A stretch of DNA of 14,961 nt. It comes from an uncultured delta proteobacterium (GTDB lineage: Bacteria > Desulfobacterota > Binatia > HRBIN30 > BPIQ01). The stretch spans positions 1 to 14,961 of the forward strand of contig CAVXGR010000019.1 of NCBI GenBank assembly GCA_963761335.1. The letters run 5' to 3'. The notes beneath the pieces were generated by a model. It was not told the DNA's origin. It did not search any database and worked only from the letters and a program-made list of their open reading frames with translations. Below, piece after piece: positions 1 through 7,607 of this stretch (the first letter of the stretch is position 1; the number at the start of each line of letters is the position of its first letter). Both the position numbers and the translations under genes were made by a program.

Positions 1-54
1 TCGAGGAGTCGAGCCGTGCCCATTCCTCGAGCGTGAGTCGTGATCGGCGCGATG

Positions 55-1626
55 CTACTGCCCTGTGGAACCAGACCGCAGCTCCGACAGGGCCTCGGCG
101 ACTTCCCGGCCCTTCGCCTCGATCAACGCCAACAGCTCTTCAGGGGTGCGTGTGTCTTCACGGTTCGGTGCGTGCGGGTTCACGGCCTTGAGATCGAATC
201 CCTTGTCATCGATTTCCTTGCGAGTCATGGTCCAGCTGTGCTCGCTGTCCGCACGTTCGGGCAGCAGGCGAAAGAACTCCTCGAAGCGGCTCAGGGTGAG
301 CGGCTTTTTCTTTCCCACTTTCACGTCCGACAGGTCGTAGTACCAGATGCGCTCGGTCGGGCCGCTCTTGGTGAAGAAGAGCAGGTCCGTCTTGCTGCTT
401 CCCCCCGCGGCCGTGAACACGCCCTGCGGCAGGCTGACGATGCACCACAGATCGCAGGCGTCCAGAAGCTTGCGCTTGGTCTGCACGAAGGCGAGCTCGT
501 TGGTGCGAAAGAGCACGCCTTCGTCCAGCACGATCCCGCACCGCCCGCCGGGCTTGAGGCTGTCGATCACGTGCTGCAGGAACAGGATCTGAGTCGCGCG
601 CGTCTTGTAGGCGAAGCGGGTCTGCGCCTCCTTGCCCTCCTTGCCGCCGAACGGCGGATTGGTGAGCACGACGTCGAATAGGGGAGGGGCCTCCTGGAAG
701 AGGCCGCCGTATGTTTCGCTTCCGGTGAGTGCGTTGCCGTGCCACAGCCGGGGTTCTTCGATGCCGTGCAGCACCATGTTGGCCAGAGCGATCGGATAGA
801 TGAGATTGTCCTTCTCGCGGCCGTAGAAGGTGTTGCGCTTCAGGGTCTCGAGCTGGTCCGCGGTGGCGCCGTCGCCCAGGGCGTTTCGCATGTGCTCGTA
901 GGCCTGCACCAGAAATCCGCCCGTGCCGCAGCAGGGGTCATACACCGTCTCGCCGAGCCGCGGGTTCACGGTCCGCACGATGGCGCGGATGACCTCGCGC
1001 GGTGTGAAGAACTGTCCGCCGTCGTTCCCCCGCTCGCCCATCTTCAGGAGAAGGCCCTCGTAGACCTGTGACAGGGGGAAGACGTGAGTCGACTCGATTC
1101 GCTCGTCCTTGACCTCGTGCACCTTGTCGAGGACGTCGAGCATGTTGCGCTCGGTGTCGATGCGGGCTCGCTCGACGCCCGACATGATCTCGCTGATGAT
1201 CTTCTGCCTGGGCGTAGCGTTCGGGCGGTCGCGCAGGCCTCTCAGATGCGGGAGGAGGTCCTGGTTGACGAAGCCGAAGAAGGCGCCGAGCGCACCGTCC
1301 TGCAGCTCCTGGCGCTTCCAGCCTTGCGGCCGTCCATCGGTTGCGGAGACACACTCCTCGTACGGTGCAGCCCAGTCGCGCCAGCGATAGGGCGGTCCGA
1401 GAGAGGGAGTGAGCTCGGCGCCGACCGCTTCGGCGGCCTCCGCCTCACGCTCCTCGCGCTCGTCGAGGATGCGCAGAAAGAGGATCCAGGTCAGCTCCGG
1501 GACGTACTGCATGGCCCCGGCGCAGTTCGATCGGCGCATGACGTCGCAGATCGCCTTGATGGCACTGTTGACGGACTGCGGCGTGGCCAGACGCCTTGCG
1601 CTGCCGTCTGCGAGGCGCTTCTTCAT
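55..1626 (-). CDS. hsdM: Type I restriction-modification N6-adenine DNA methyltransferase (M subunit), about 523 aa
   Basis: Motif I VYDPCCGTGGFL, motif IV TNPPFGG, GQFFTPREVI and an HsdM N-terminal region (ICDVMRR..YVPELTWILFLRILD). ATG at 1626 has GGAAGAGG upstream. An alternative in-frame GTG at 1683 overlaps the upstream stop (GTGA). TAG stop at 55-57. Confidence 0.95.
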   Translation of the reverse strand: MKKRLADGSARRLATPQSVNSAIKAICDVMRRSNCAGAMQYVPELTWILFLRILDEREEREAEAAEAVGAELTPSLGPPYRWRDWAAPYEECVSATDGRPQGWKRQELQDGALGAFFGFVNQDLLPHLRGLRDRPNATPRQKIISEIMSGVERARIDTERNMLDVLDKVHEVKDERIESTHVFPLSQVYEGLLLKMGERGNDGGQFFTPREVIRAIVRTVNPRLGETVYDPCCGTGGFLVQAYEHMRNALGDGATADQLETLKRNTFYGREKDNLIYPIALANMVLHGIEEPRLWHGNALTGSETYGGLFQEAPPLFDVVLTNPPFGGKEGKEAQTRFAYKTRATQILFLQHVIDSLKPGGRCGIVLDEGVLFRTNELAFVQTKRKLLDACDLWCIVSLPQGVFTAAGGSSKTDLLFFTKSGPTERIWYYDLSDVKVGKKKPLTLSRFEEFFRLLPERADSEHSWTMTRKEIDDKGFDLKAVNPHAPNREDTRTPEELLALIEAKGREVAEALSELRSGSTGQ

Positions 1627-1679
1627 GGCTTGCCTCTTCCGCGGCGCCGCGGAGGAGGGCTCGCCCTGGACGTGGCTGC

Positions 1680-1931
1680 TCACGCGTGCGCGGGCCTTCC
1701 TGGCTCGGCGAAAAGGTCGCTCAGGCCGCTGATGTCGGGCTGTGCGCCCTTGAGCAACCAGCGGGTGAAGAAGAGAACCTCCAGGTTCTCGATCGCCCCG
1801 GTTCGAGGATTGCGCCGGGCGACGATGTTGTAGGCGAGCTGCTGGCTCTCTTGCTCGGCGTATGGGGCAACCTTGTTGATGTACAAGATGTCGCCCGTCT
1901 CGTCGTACTCGAACGTCAGGGGCGTTTCCAT
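1680..1931 (-). CDS. DUF2283-like small protein, putative antitoxin, 83 aa
   Basis: FEYDETGDILYI...RRNPRTGAIENLEVL matches the YD...D.LYI...G.I.G.EI pattern of DUF2283 (COG5428) proteins. It overlaps the upstream ORF by 16 nt. Confidence 0.8.
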   Translation of the reverse strand: METPLTFEYDETGDILYINKVAPYAEQESQQLAYNIVARRNPRTGAIENLEVLFFTRWLLKGAQPDISGLSDLFAEPGRPAHA

Positions 1932-2242
1932 TCAATCTCTCCCTTGGGCGGCCGGCGAGCCAGAAACGCGGTCACGATCCAGTGTCGTGCCCCGAGTGGA
2001 CGATCGGAAACCACCGCTATTGCCACATACTTACCGCCTCGGAGGTCGTCGTACCAGCGCAGGAACAGACGCGTATTGGGATAATCCGGGTCGACTCGGA
2101 CCTCGTCGGGGTCGGCTACCGTCTCGGCGATGCGGCGGCTGTGCTCCGGGAGGAGATCCGGGTGACGGGTGGCGATGTGCCGTTCCCGTTCGGCGGTGAG
2201 CTCCGCGTCGCCGTTCAAATAGGGGCAGGAGAGCCTTCCCAT
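1916..2242 (-). CDS. Small putative RNase toxin of the BECR/RelE-like fold (DUF4258/PBECR-like), 108 aa
   Basis: ERHIATRHP helix, TVADPDEV, beta strands (RLFLRWY, YVAIAVV) and a terminal WIVTAF motif typical of this group. ATG overlaps the hsdS stop (TGATG). It is paired with a DUF2283-like gene. Confidence 0.65.
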   Translation of the reverse strand: MGRLSCPYLNGDAELTAERERHIATRHPDLLPEHSRRIAETVADPDEVRVDPDYPNTRLFLRWYDDLRGGKYVAIAVVSDRPLGARHWIVTAFLARRPPKGEIEWKRP

Positions 2243-3465
2243 CAGAGCTGGCCACTGAAGGCCTGGCGCAGCAGGGCAGCGGGGAGCGCGTTGATCGCAT
2301 CAATCCTGTCCCGGACGGCTTGTCTAAGAACTTCGACCGGGGCGAGTTTCTGAGTCAGCGACGCTGTGACGCGACGCTGCACTGCAATGGGCGGTACAGG
2401 GATCCTCAGTTGCTGTATCTTCGATACGCTCAACGTGTAAAGGCCGGTGGTCGTCATTGCCTTCTGAGCCATCTGCCGCTGCCCCGCATCGCTATTGAGA
2501 TATCGGCTGGCAAATTCCGAGTCGAGAATCGAATCATCCGGACGAACGCGAATCAGGTGATTCTGATGAACGCACTCCGAGATCTCCCCATGGAATAAGG
2601 CGTTCCGACCGATGTGCTGGCTGCTTCCGTTGCCTTCTACGATGAGAATGTCGCCAGCTCGAAGTTCGTGCCCCGCTAGCTCCGCTTCGGTGAGTTCGAA
2701 CCGCTCGATGTGGTCAAGACTCAAATATCCCCGTTGGACATTTCGGACCGTCAGGAAGGGCCGATGGAAGCGCGTGGGGATGCGAACTGGTGACTTTTGG
2801 ATGCCGCCGGAGACAGAGGCAACTTCCCGGAGACAATTCATTGGCCAGTGCCGAGCTTCCGGTCCGTTGAAGACCTGGCGCAAGAGCGCGGCGGGCAAGG
2901 CCTCAGCGGCGGCGAGCTGTGCCTCTGTCGCCACCCGCGCGGTTCTGGCTGCGCCCATCAGTTGGCGCAGGATCCTTACGATGCGTCGTTGTACTGACAG
3001 CTCGGGCAGAAGGAATTTCCACGCGAACAACTGTTGTCGATTGAGCTTCGGCATCCTCGCTCGGGCCGATTCCCGGATCGCGTACCTGGTGAACTCATCC
3101 GAGACCAAGGTCCACGCTGCAAAGGTTGGATCGAGCAAGTCCTGGTTTACCCGAATTGGGTACATGTCAGCGCTGCAAACGCCACGGAAGTCCGCTACCA
3201 GTGCCTTCCGGAGGTAAGGCCGCAGTTTCGAGTAGAGAACGTCACCCGGCTCGAAGAGATACTTGCCGCTCATCATGCCGTCCTCTGCCGCCGTATTGAG
3301 GTGCGTTAGTCGGCACGTTCCGGCCTCGATGTTTTCTGGGCTGACGTGAGGGAGGCTGGCGAAGTTGAGGTCTCTGGGATCGACCTGGCGGGCAACGATC
3401 TCACATACTTCTCCAAGCCGCATGCGGCGCCATCGCGATCGTGGATGCTCTTCTGCTCGACTCAC
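2242..3465 (-). CDS. hsdS: Type I RM specificity subunit with two TRDs, about 407 aa
   Basis: W..MRLGEV start, GDVLYSKLRPYL, LLPELSVQRRIV, IPVPPIAVQRRV and the repeated ALPAALLRQ(V/A)F(N/S)G coiled-coil ends. GTG at 3465 overlaps the hsdR stop (GTGA). An alternative ATG lies at 3423. Confidence 0.92.
   Translation of the reverse strand: MSRAEEHPRSRWRRMRLGEVCEIVARQVDPRDLNFASLPHVSPENIEAGTCRLTHLNTAAEDGMMSGKYLFEPGDVLYSKLRPYLRKALVADFRGVCSADMYPIRVNQDLLDPTFAAWTLVSDEFTRYAIRESARARMPKLNRQQLFAWKFLLPELSVQRRIVRILRQLMGAARTARVATEAQLAAAEALPAALLRQVFNGPEARHWPMNCLREVASVSGGIQKSPVRIPTRFHRPFLTVRNVQRGYLSLDHIERFELTEAELAGHELRAGDILIVEGNGSSQHIGRNALFHGEISECVHQNHLIRVRPDDSILDSEFASRYLNSDAGQRQMAQKAMTTTGLYTLSVSKIQQLRIPVPPIAVQRRVTASLTQKLAPVEVLRQAVRDRIDAINALPAALLRQAFSGQL
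2256..2882. repeat. Internal direct repeat of hsdS conserved regions
   Basis: tgaaggcctggcgca (2256-2270) and tgaagacctggcgca (2868-2882) are 14/15 identical and 612 nt apart in frame. They encode the two LRQxFxG motifs. Confidence 0.75.
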
Positions 3466-5849
3466 GCCGCAAACAGCCGTTCTTTGGTCTCGTGGAGCAC
3501 TTCGGCAGGTCTGCCGACTGCCCTCAGGGCCGTCAAGCCGCCGGCGTGGGCCACCTCCGGGGTCTGAAAGACCTCGGGATTCTCGAGGCCTTCGGTGCCG
3601 GCGCGGGTGAACTGTGATGCCAGCGCCCTGAGGGTGGCCGCGGCATCGTCTGGCAGGGCGGAGAGCCAGGCGGCGTGCTTGTACGCGAAAGCGGCGGCCC
3701 GCTCCGCGCGCGTGTGTGGGCTGAGGCCGTATCCGAGGTCGGCCAGGACGTCGTACAGATCGTAGGCGGCCATGTCGTCGAGCTGCTGCACCAGAGAAGC
3801 CGAGCGCACGCCATCCGGCAGGTGCTCCAAGAGCTCGCGCCGGAGACGGGGCACGATCCAGCGCGCGCGGAAGTCGTCGAGTGACGGCGCCTCCTCCACC
3901 AGCTTGGCGGCCAGGCGTTCCCTGTACTCCTCGACGGTCACCGGCATAGCGCGTCCGTCGACCATGGTCACGATGTACCGCCCGGCGTCGGTGACGTGCA
4001 CCTCGAAGCCCTCGACCTGGATCGGAGGAGGTGGTTGCGGGCCCGGCTCCTTGCGCTCGCGCGGGGGCGTGGGCCTGGTGACGAAGCTCTTCCCAAAGAG
4101 ACGGGTGGCGTTGGTGTAGTCGTAGACGCGGAACATCAGCTTGTTCGTCGGCGCATCGAGGCGCGTGCCGCGCCCTACCATCTGGTAGAAGGCGATCGGC
4201 GAGCGCACGTACTTGAAGAAGACGATGTTGCGCACCACCGGAACGTCCACGCCGGTGGTGAGCAGGTCGACGGTCGTGGCGACGAAGTGCGAGCGCGGAG
4301 CCCCGCGCAGGTCGGCAAGATACTCGCTTCCCGAGGCACTGGCGGTGCATTTGAATGCGTACGGCTCCAGCCTCGGTTTGCCGTTCTGCGTGCACCACCG
4401 CGCGTAGAGGTTGTTCATCGCCGCAGCCACGGCGTCGGCGTGATGGTCGCGGGCGCAGAAGATGATCGTCTTCTGCTCCGGCCCACCGGTGTCGAGCAGA
4501 TGAGCGAACAGGTCCTTCGCCATTGCCTCGACGCGGTCGGGGAGGACGAGATCGTCCTCGAAGCTCTCGGCGGCGTAGATTGCGCGCGCCTGGTTCTCGC
4601 CGATGGCCTCGCCGCTGGTCAGCCGGGTGAGCTTCTTCCCCTTCAGATCCTCCCGTTTCACGCCGGTCTCACGCTCGGTCTCTTCGTGCTTGTCGAGGAA
4701 GATGTCGCGGCGAACCAGCTCGCAGGCGGCGAGGTATCCGTCCTCGATGCCCTGGCTCATATCGTACTCGTACACGGGCGTGCCGAAGTGGCGGAGGTTG
4801 TCGGCGTGTACCTCGAGGTCCGCCTTGTAATCGCGCGTCTGCTTTCCGGATTGGAGCTTCCGGGGCGTTGCCGTGAGGCCGATCTGGACCGCGTCGGGGT
4901 TGCGAGTGAGCACTTGAGACCACTTGCCCCAAGCCGAGCGATGACACTCGTCGATGACGATGTGGCTGAAGTAGTTCTCGGGGTAGTAGGTGGTGAGGAA
5001 GTTTGCGGCGGCATCTTCGCTGTCCACGTCCAGGGTTTGGTACGTCGCGATGTGGACGCGCGCGTTGCGGGCGTGGTTCGTGCCGTCGCTCTCACGATAC
5101 ACTTCGGCGGCATCAGCCCCGAAGACATTCTGAAAGGCGCCCAACGCCTGGCTGCGAAGCTCGTCGCGATCGCAGACGAACAGGGCCCGCCGCAGCTGAC
5201 CGGCATCGGCAATGCGTTTCAAAAGATTCACCGCGATGAAGGTCTTCCCGGAGCCCGTGGCGAGGGACAGCAGGACGCGCCCCGGTTCGCCGGTCTTCTG
5301 GCTGCGGGCGATCTTCTCGAGCGCGGCCCGGATGGCCGCGTCCTGATAGTAGCGACGCGTCGCCTCGCCACCGGCGTAGCGCATCAGGAGCGGACGGGCG
5401 GCGGGGTCTTCGAGCGAGAATCCGACGGCGGCTTCGTACCGGGCTCGGAGATGGTCCGGCTCCGGAAACTCCGCCAAGGGCCGCGGGTCAGCGGTCATTC
5501 CGGTGAGGGAATCGTACTCGACGAACAGGTGCCCGTTGCAGGAGAAGACGAAGGGCACGTTCATTCTCTTGGCTCTCGCGTAGAGCTTCGCCTGCTCCAG
5601 CCCATGAGCGGGAGGCAGGTGCTCGGCCTTGGCCTCGATCAAGGCGACGGCAACCGGCTGGGTGTCGGGATTGACCTTGATCCGCAGAACATAGTCGACC
5701 CTGCCTCGCGAGCGCTTGTGCGGCTTGCCATCGATGACATGAATGGCCCCGGCGGTCTCCTCCCGCCGGATGAGATCCTCCGTCCATCCCCGGGCGTGCA
5801 GGCCCGGGTCGATGAGCTTCGCCCTGGTATCGGATTCGCTCAGCGCCAT
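3462..5849 (-). CDS. hsdR: Type I restriction endonuclease R subunit (EcoAI/EcoEI-like), about 795 aa
   Basis: SESDTRAKLIDP N-terminus, nuclease motif VDYVL...IEAK, RYYQ, Walker A ATGSGKT, DECH, LTATP, LLTTGVD, QMVGRGTR. ATG at 5849 has GAGG upstream. Confidence 0.95.
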   Translation of the reverse strand: MALSESDTRAKLIDPGLHARGWTEDLIRREETAGAIHVIDGKPHKRSRGRVDYVLRIKVNPDTQPVAVALIEAKAEHLPPAHGLEQAKLYARAKRMNVPFVFSCNGHLFVEYDSLTGMTADPRPLAEFPEPDHLRARYEAAVGFSLEDPAARPLLMRYAGGEATRRYYQDAAIRAALEKIARSQKTGEPGRVLLSLATGSGKTFIAVNLLKRIADAGQLRRALFVCDRDELRSQALGAFQNVFGADAAEVYRESDGTNHARNARVHIATYQTLDVDSEDAAANFLTTYYPENYFSHIVIDECHRSAWGKWSQVLTRNPDAVQIGLTATPRKLQSGKQTRDYKADLEVHADNLRHFGTPVYEYDMSQGIEDGYLAACELVRRDIFLDKHEETERETGVKREDLKGKKLTRLTSGEAIGENQARAIYAAESFEDDLVLPDRVEAMAKDLFAHLLDTGGPEQKTIIFCARDHHADAVAAAMNNLYARWCTQNGKPRLEPYAFKCTASASGSEYLADLRGAPRSHFVATTVDLLTTGVDVPVVRNIVFFKYVRSPIAFYQMVGRGTRLDAPTNKLMFRVYDYTNATRLFGKSFVTRPTPPRERKEPGPQPPPPIQVEGFEVHVTDAGRYIVTMVDGRAMPVTVEEYRERLAAKLVEEAPSLDDFRARWIVPRLRRELLEHLPDGVRSASLVQQLDDMAAYDLYDVLADLGYGLSPHTRAERAAAFAYKHAAWLSALPDDAAATLRALASQFTRAGTEGLENPEVFQTPEVAHAGGLTALRAVGRPAEVLHETKERLFAA

Positions 5850-6256
5850 CTTGCCGCCTCGGTTTCGTACCGCATTGCAGTCACAATGGCCAATTCGATG
5901 CGGCACGAACGGGTGCCAGGTGGCCGTTTCCCAGATCTCGGTCCGCCGAGCCCGTCGGTGAAGCTCGCTGGCATCGAGCACGGCGTCGTTTCCGAGGACG
6001 GGAGGTGTCGAGTCCGGCCGGAGACGCCGTGTGCCTATACTGGCCGAGTCTGGGCGGGACGAAAAGGGGGCTGGTGAGCTCGATCAGAGCGGGTGGATCG
6101 CAACGGGTGAGTCTGACCGCGGATGGCGTCTCAGCTAACCGGCGCCTGCGAGCGGCAGTGGTAACCCTGCCGGCAGACCAATGGGGCGAGCGCCTGAATC
6201 CGCCGTATGCATCGGTTCTTCCGGGGACGTCGCCGCTGTTGTATGGTCGCCGCACC

Positions 6257-6967
6257 ATGCGCATCTCGGGGCTCTTCGAGGACATCACCGCCCCCTACGG
6301 CGCCGTCCAGGCGTGGACCTACGATCGCATCATCGCGCCTGCGGTCACGGAGCTTCTCGAAGGGAATCTCGGCGAGATCATCGACGAGATTCCCGAAGGC
6401 GCCCAGATGCTCGACGTCGGCTGCGGCGGCGGTCAGGCCCTCGAGCTGCTTGCCGGGCGGCGGCCCGACCTCCGCCTCCACGGCGTCGACCTGTCGCCGG
6501 GTCAGGTGGCGCGGGCGCGCGCTCGACTCCGCAATCGCGCCACCATCGTCGAGGGCAGTGCTCTCGAGCTCCCCTACGCCAGCGATCGCTTCGACTTCGT
6601 CTTCAGCGACGCCTCGATCAAACATTGGACCGATCCCGCACAAGGGCTTCGCGAGTGCGTCCGCGTACTCCGCCCTGGCGGGCACCTGGTCGTCACCGAA
6701 GCCGACCGCGGCTGCCGTCTCGAGGACGCCGCCGCCTTCGTCCGCAAGTGGTGGCTGCCGCGGGCCGTGTCGCCGCTCACGTTGGCGCTCTTCCGCACCT
6801 GGGTCGCCGGCCGGGCGTTCGATCTCGCCGAGCTCGAGGCCTTTGCCGCGGCGCTGCCGCTCGCCGAGTGGCGGGTGCGGCGAATCGAGGGCACGCCCGG
6901 AATTGCCCTCGAGGGCGTCAAGCACCCGAAGCCGCAGTCGGACAGACGCCGGAAGAAAAGTGGCTGA
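6257..6967 (+). CDS. Class I SAM-dependent methyltransferase (UbiE/Methyltransf_11-like), about 236 aa
   Basis: MLDVGCGGG motif I, GVDLS, GSALELPYASDRFDFVFS, RVLRPGGHLVV. Start placed at ATG 6257 because the upstream extension of the ORF does not look protein-like. Confidence 0.88.
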   Translation: MRISGLFEDITAPYGAVQAWTYDRIIAPAVTELLEGNLGEIIDEIPEGAQMLDVGCGGGQALELLAGRRPDLRLHGVDLSPGQVARARARLRNRATIVEGSALELPYASDRFDFVFSDASIKHWTDPAQGLRECVRVLRPGGHLVVTEADRGCRLEDAAAFVRKWWLPRAVSPLTLALFRTWVAGRAFDLAELEAFAAALPLAEWRVRRIEGTPGIALEGVKHPKPQSDRRRKKSG

Positions 6968-7034
6968 GAAACGATCGCCTCGAGGAGCGGTAAGCGAATC
7001 ACCACCGGCAAGCAGTGAGGCGAGCAGGTAGGGT

Positions 7035-7063
7035 TTGACCGGGAGTCGGGCATCAGCTAACCG
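7035..7063 (+). promoter_or_regulatory. Candidate sigma70-type promoter for the leader ORF and czc operon
   Basis: TTGACC (7035-7040), 17 nt, TAACCG (7058-7063), then 8 nt to ATG 7072. The -10 is imperfect. Confidence 0.3.
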
Positions 7064-7071
7064 CGGTAGGT

Positions 7072-7461
7072 ATGCGGCATCGCCTCCGAACGACACTCGT
7101 GGCCCTCTTGGCCATGGCGGTTGTGCCGGTCATGACCGCGGCGCCGCGGCTCGCCTTCTGCGTGGCTGCGGGCGGGCACCTGGCGATCGAGCCGTTGCCC
7201 TCCGCCTGCTGTCACGGGGAGGCCACCACCGACACGAGCCGCGAATGCGCGCCTCACTGCACGGATATTCCGCTCGGTGTCTGGGCGGCGACGAATGTCC
7301 GCGCCGACTCTCCGCCGCTTGCCGCGGGTGCCGTGGGACATTGCGGCGCCTGGCCGCCGATCTGGTCGCCGGCCGCATCGCCTGCCTGGGCGACCGATTC
7401 ATTCGCATCGCCGCCGCTCCCTCCGCCGCGGCAGCTTCGCACCACCGTCTCTCTCTGTTGA
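7072..7461 (+). CDS. Exported Cys/His-rich small protein with a Pro-rich C-terminus (CzcI/DUF2946-like leader protein), 129 aa
   Basis: Basic plus hydrophobic signal-like N-terminus, C.....GH..IE....CCH...C..HC.D cluster, C-terminal PPLPPPRQLRTTVSLC. It lies directly upstream of czcC. Confidence 0.72.
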   Translation: MRHRLRTTLVALLAMAVVPVMTAAPRLAFCVAAGGHLAIEPLPSACCHGEATTDTSRECAPHCTDIPLGVWAATNVRADSPPLAAGAVGHCGAWPPIWSPAASPAWATDSFASPPLPPPRQLRTTVSLC

Positions 7462-7598
7462 GCCGCTCTTCTGCGCAGCTCGTCCCTTCCTGAGAGGGGA
7501 CGCCGCCCTTTGCCCGCTCCCGCGATCCCCTGGGGAGACGGGCATCTCGCAGCTCGCCCCGCAGCCGCCCTCGGCGTCGCTGCGGCCAACAGCAGGAG
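7449..7598 (+). promoter_or_regulatory. Structured intergenic RNA: a long-range stem masking the czcC SD and enclosing three hairpins
   Basis: 7449-7466 can pair with 7582-7598, which includes AGGAG at 7594-7598. Internal hairpins lie at 7481-7502, 7511-7544 and 7561-7583. Folded by eye. Confidence 0.55.
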
Positions 7599-7607
7599 CA
7601 CGTGTGC

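Larger units (their letters stand above)
6111..7063 (+). repeat. Two copies of the spaced motif GTyTGACCG-N11-TCAGCTAACCG, at 6111-6141 and 7033-7063
   Basis: gtcTGACCGcggatggcgtcTCAGCTAACCG and gttTGACCGggagtcgggcaTCAGCTAACCG have identical spacing. They are 922 nt apart and flank the methyltransferase gene. Confidence 0.6.

Noticed and set aside
1..54. Inverted repeat tcgagga/tcctcga and a possible minus-strand ATG at 23
   Set aside because: The region is truncated by the window edge and too short to call a terminator or gene.
1684..1935. N-terminal extension of the hsdM ORF to 626 aa
   Set aside because: It overlaps the DUF2283-like gene in another frame and has no HsdM character.
3466..4398. 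311-codon N-terminal extension of the hsdS ORF, or a frameshifted HsdR-HsdS fusion
   Set aside because: It is an Arg/Gly/Pro-rich off-frame reading of hsdR. hsdR is intact and there is a clean GTGA coupling at 3462-3465.
3996..6077. 693-aa plus-strand ORF and other long antisense ORFs (40-681, 9117-10004, 10267-11196, 12187-13329)
   Set aside because: These are shadow ORFs opposite well-supported genes, as expected in high-GC DNA, and carry no recognisable motifs.
6005..6256. Upstream 84-codon extension of the first methyltransferase
   Set aside because: It is not protein-like and covers promoter-like and repeat motifs. The plausible protein begins at ATG 6257.
6131..7063. Integron attC sites suggested by the two GCTAAC cores
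   Set aside because: There is no matching downstream GTTRRRY with L-box symmetry, and no integrase in the window.
7481..7544. Rho-independent terminator after the leader ORF
   Set aside because: The hairpins are strong but no U-tract follows them directly.
7449..7600. NiCo (czcD) riboswitch, suggested by the multi-way junction upstream of a czc operon
   Set aside because: The resemblance is superficial. The conserved junction sequences as I recall them are not evident, and the outer stem overlaps a coding stop. An Rfam cmscan would settle it.
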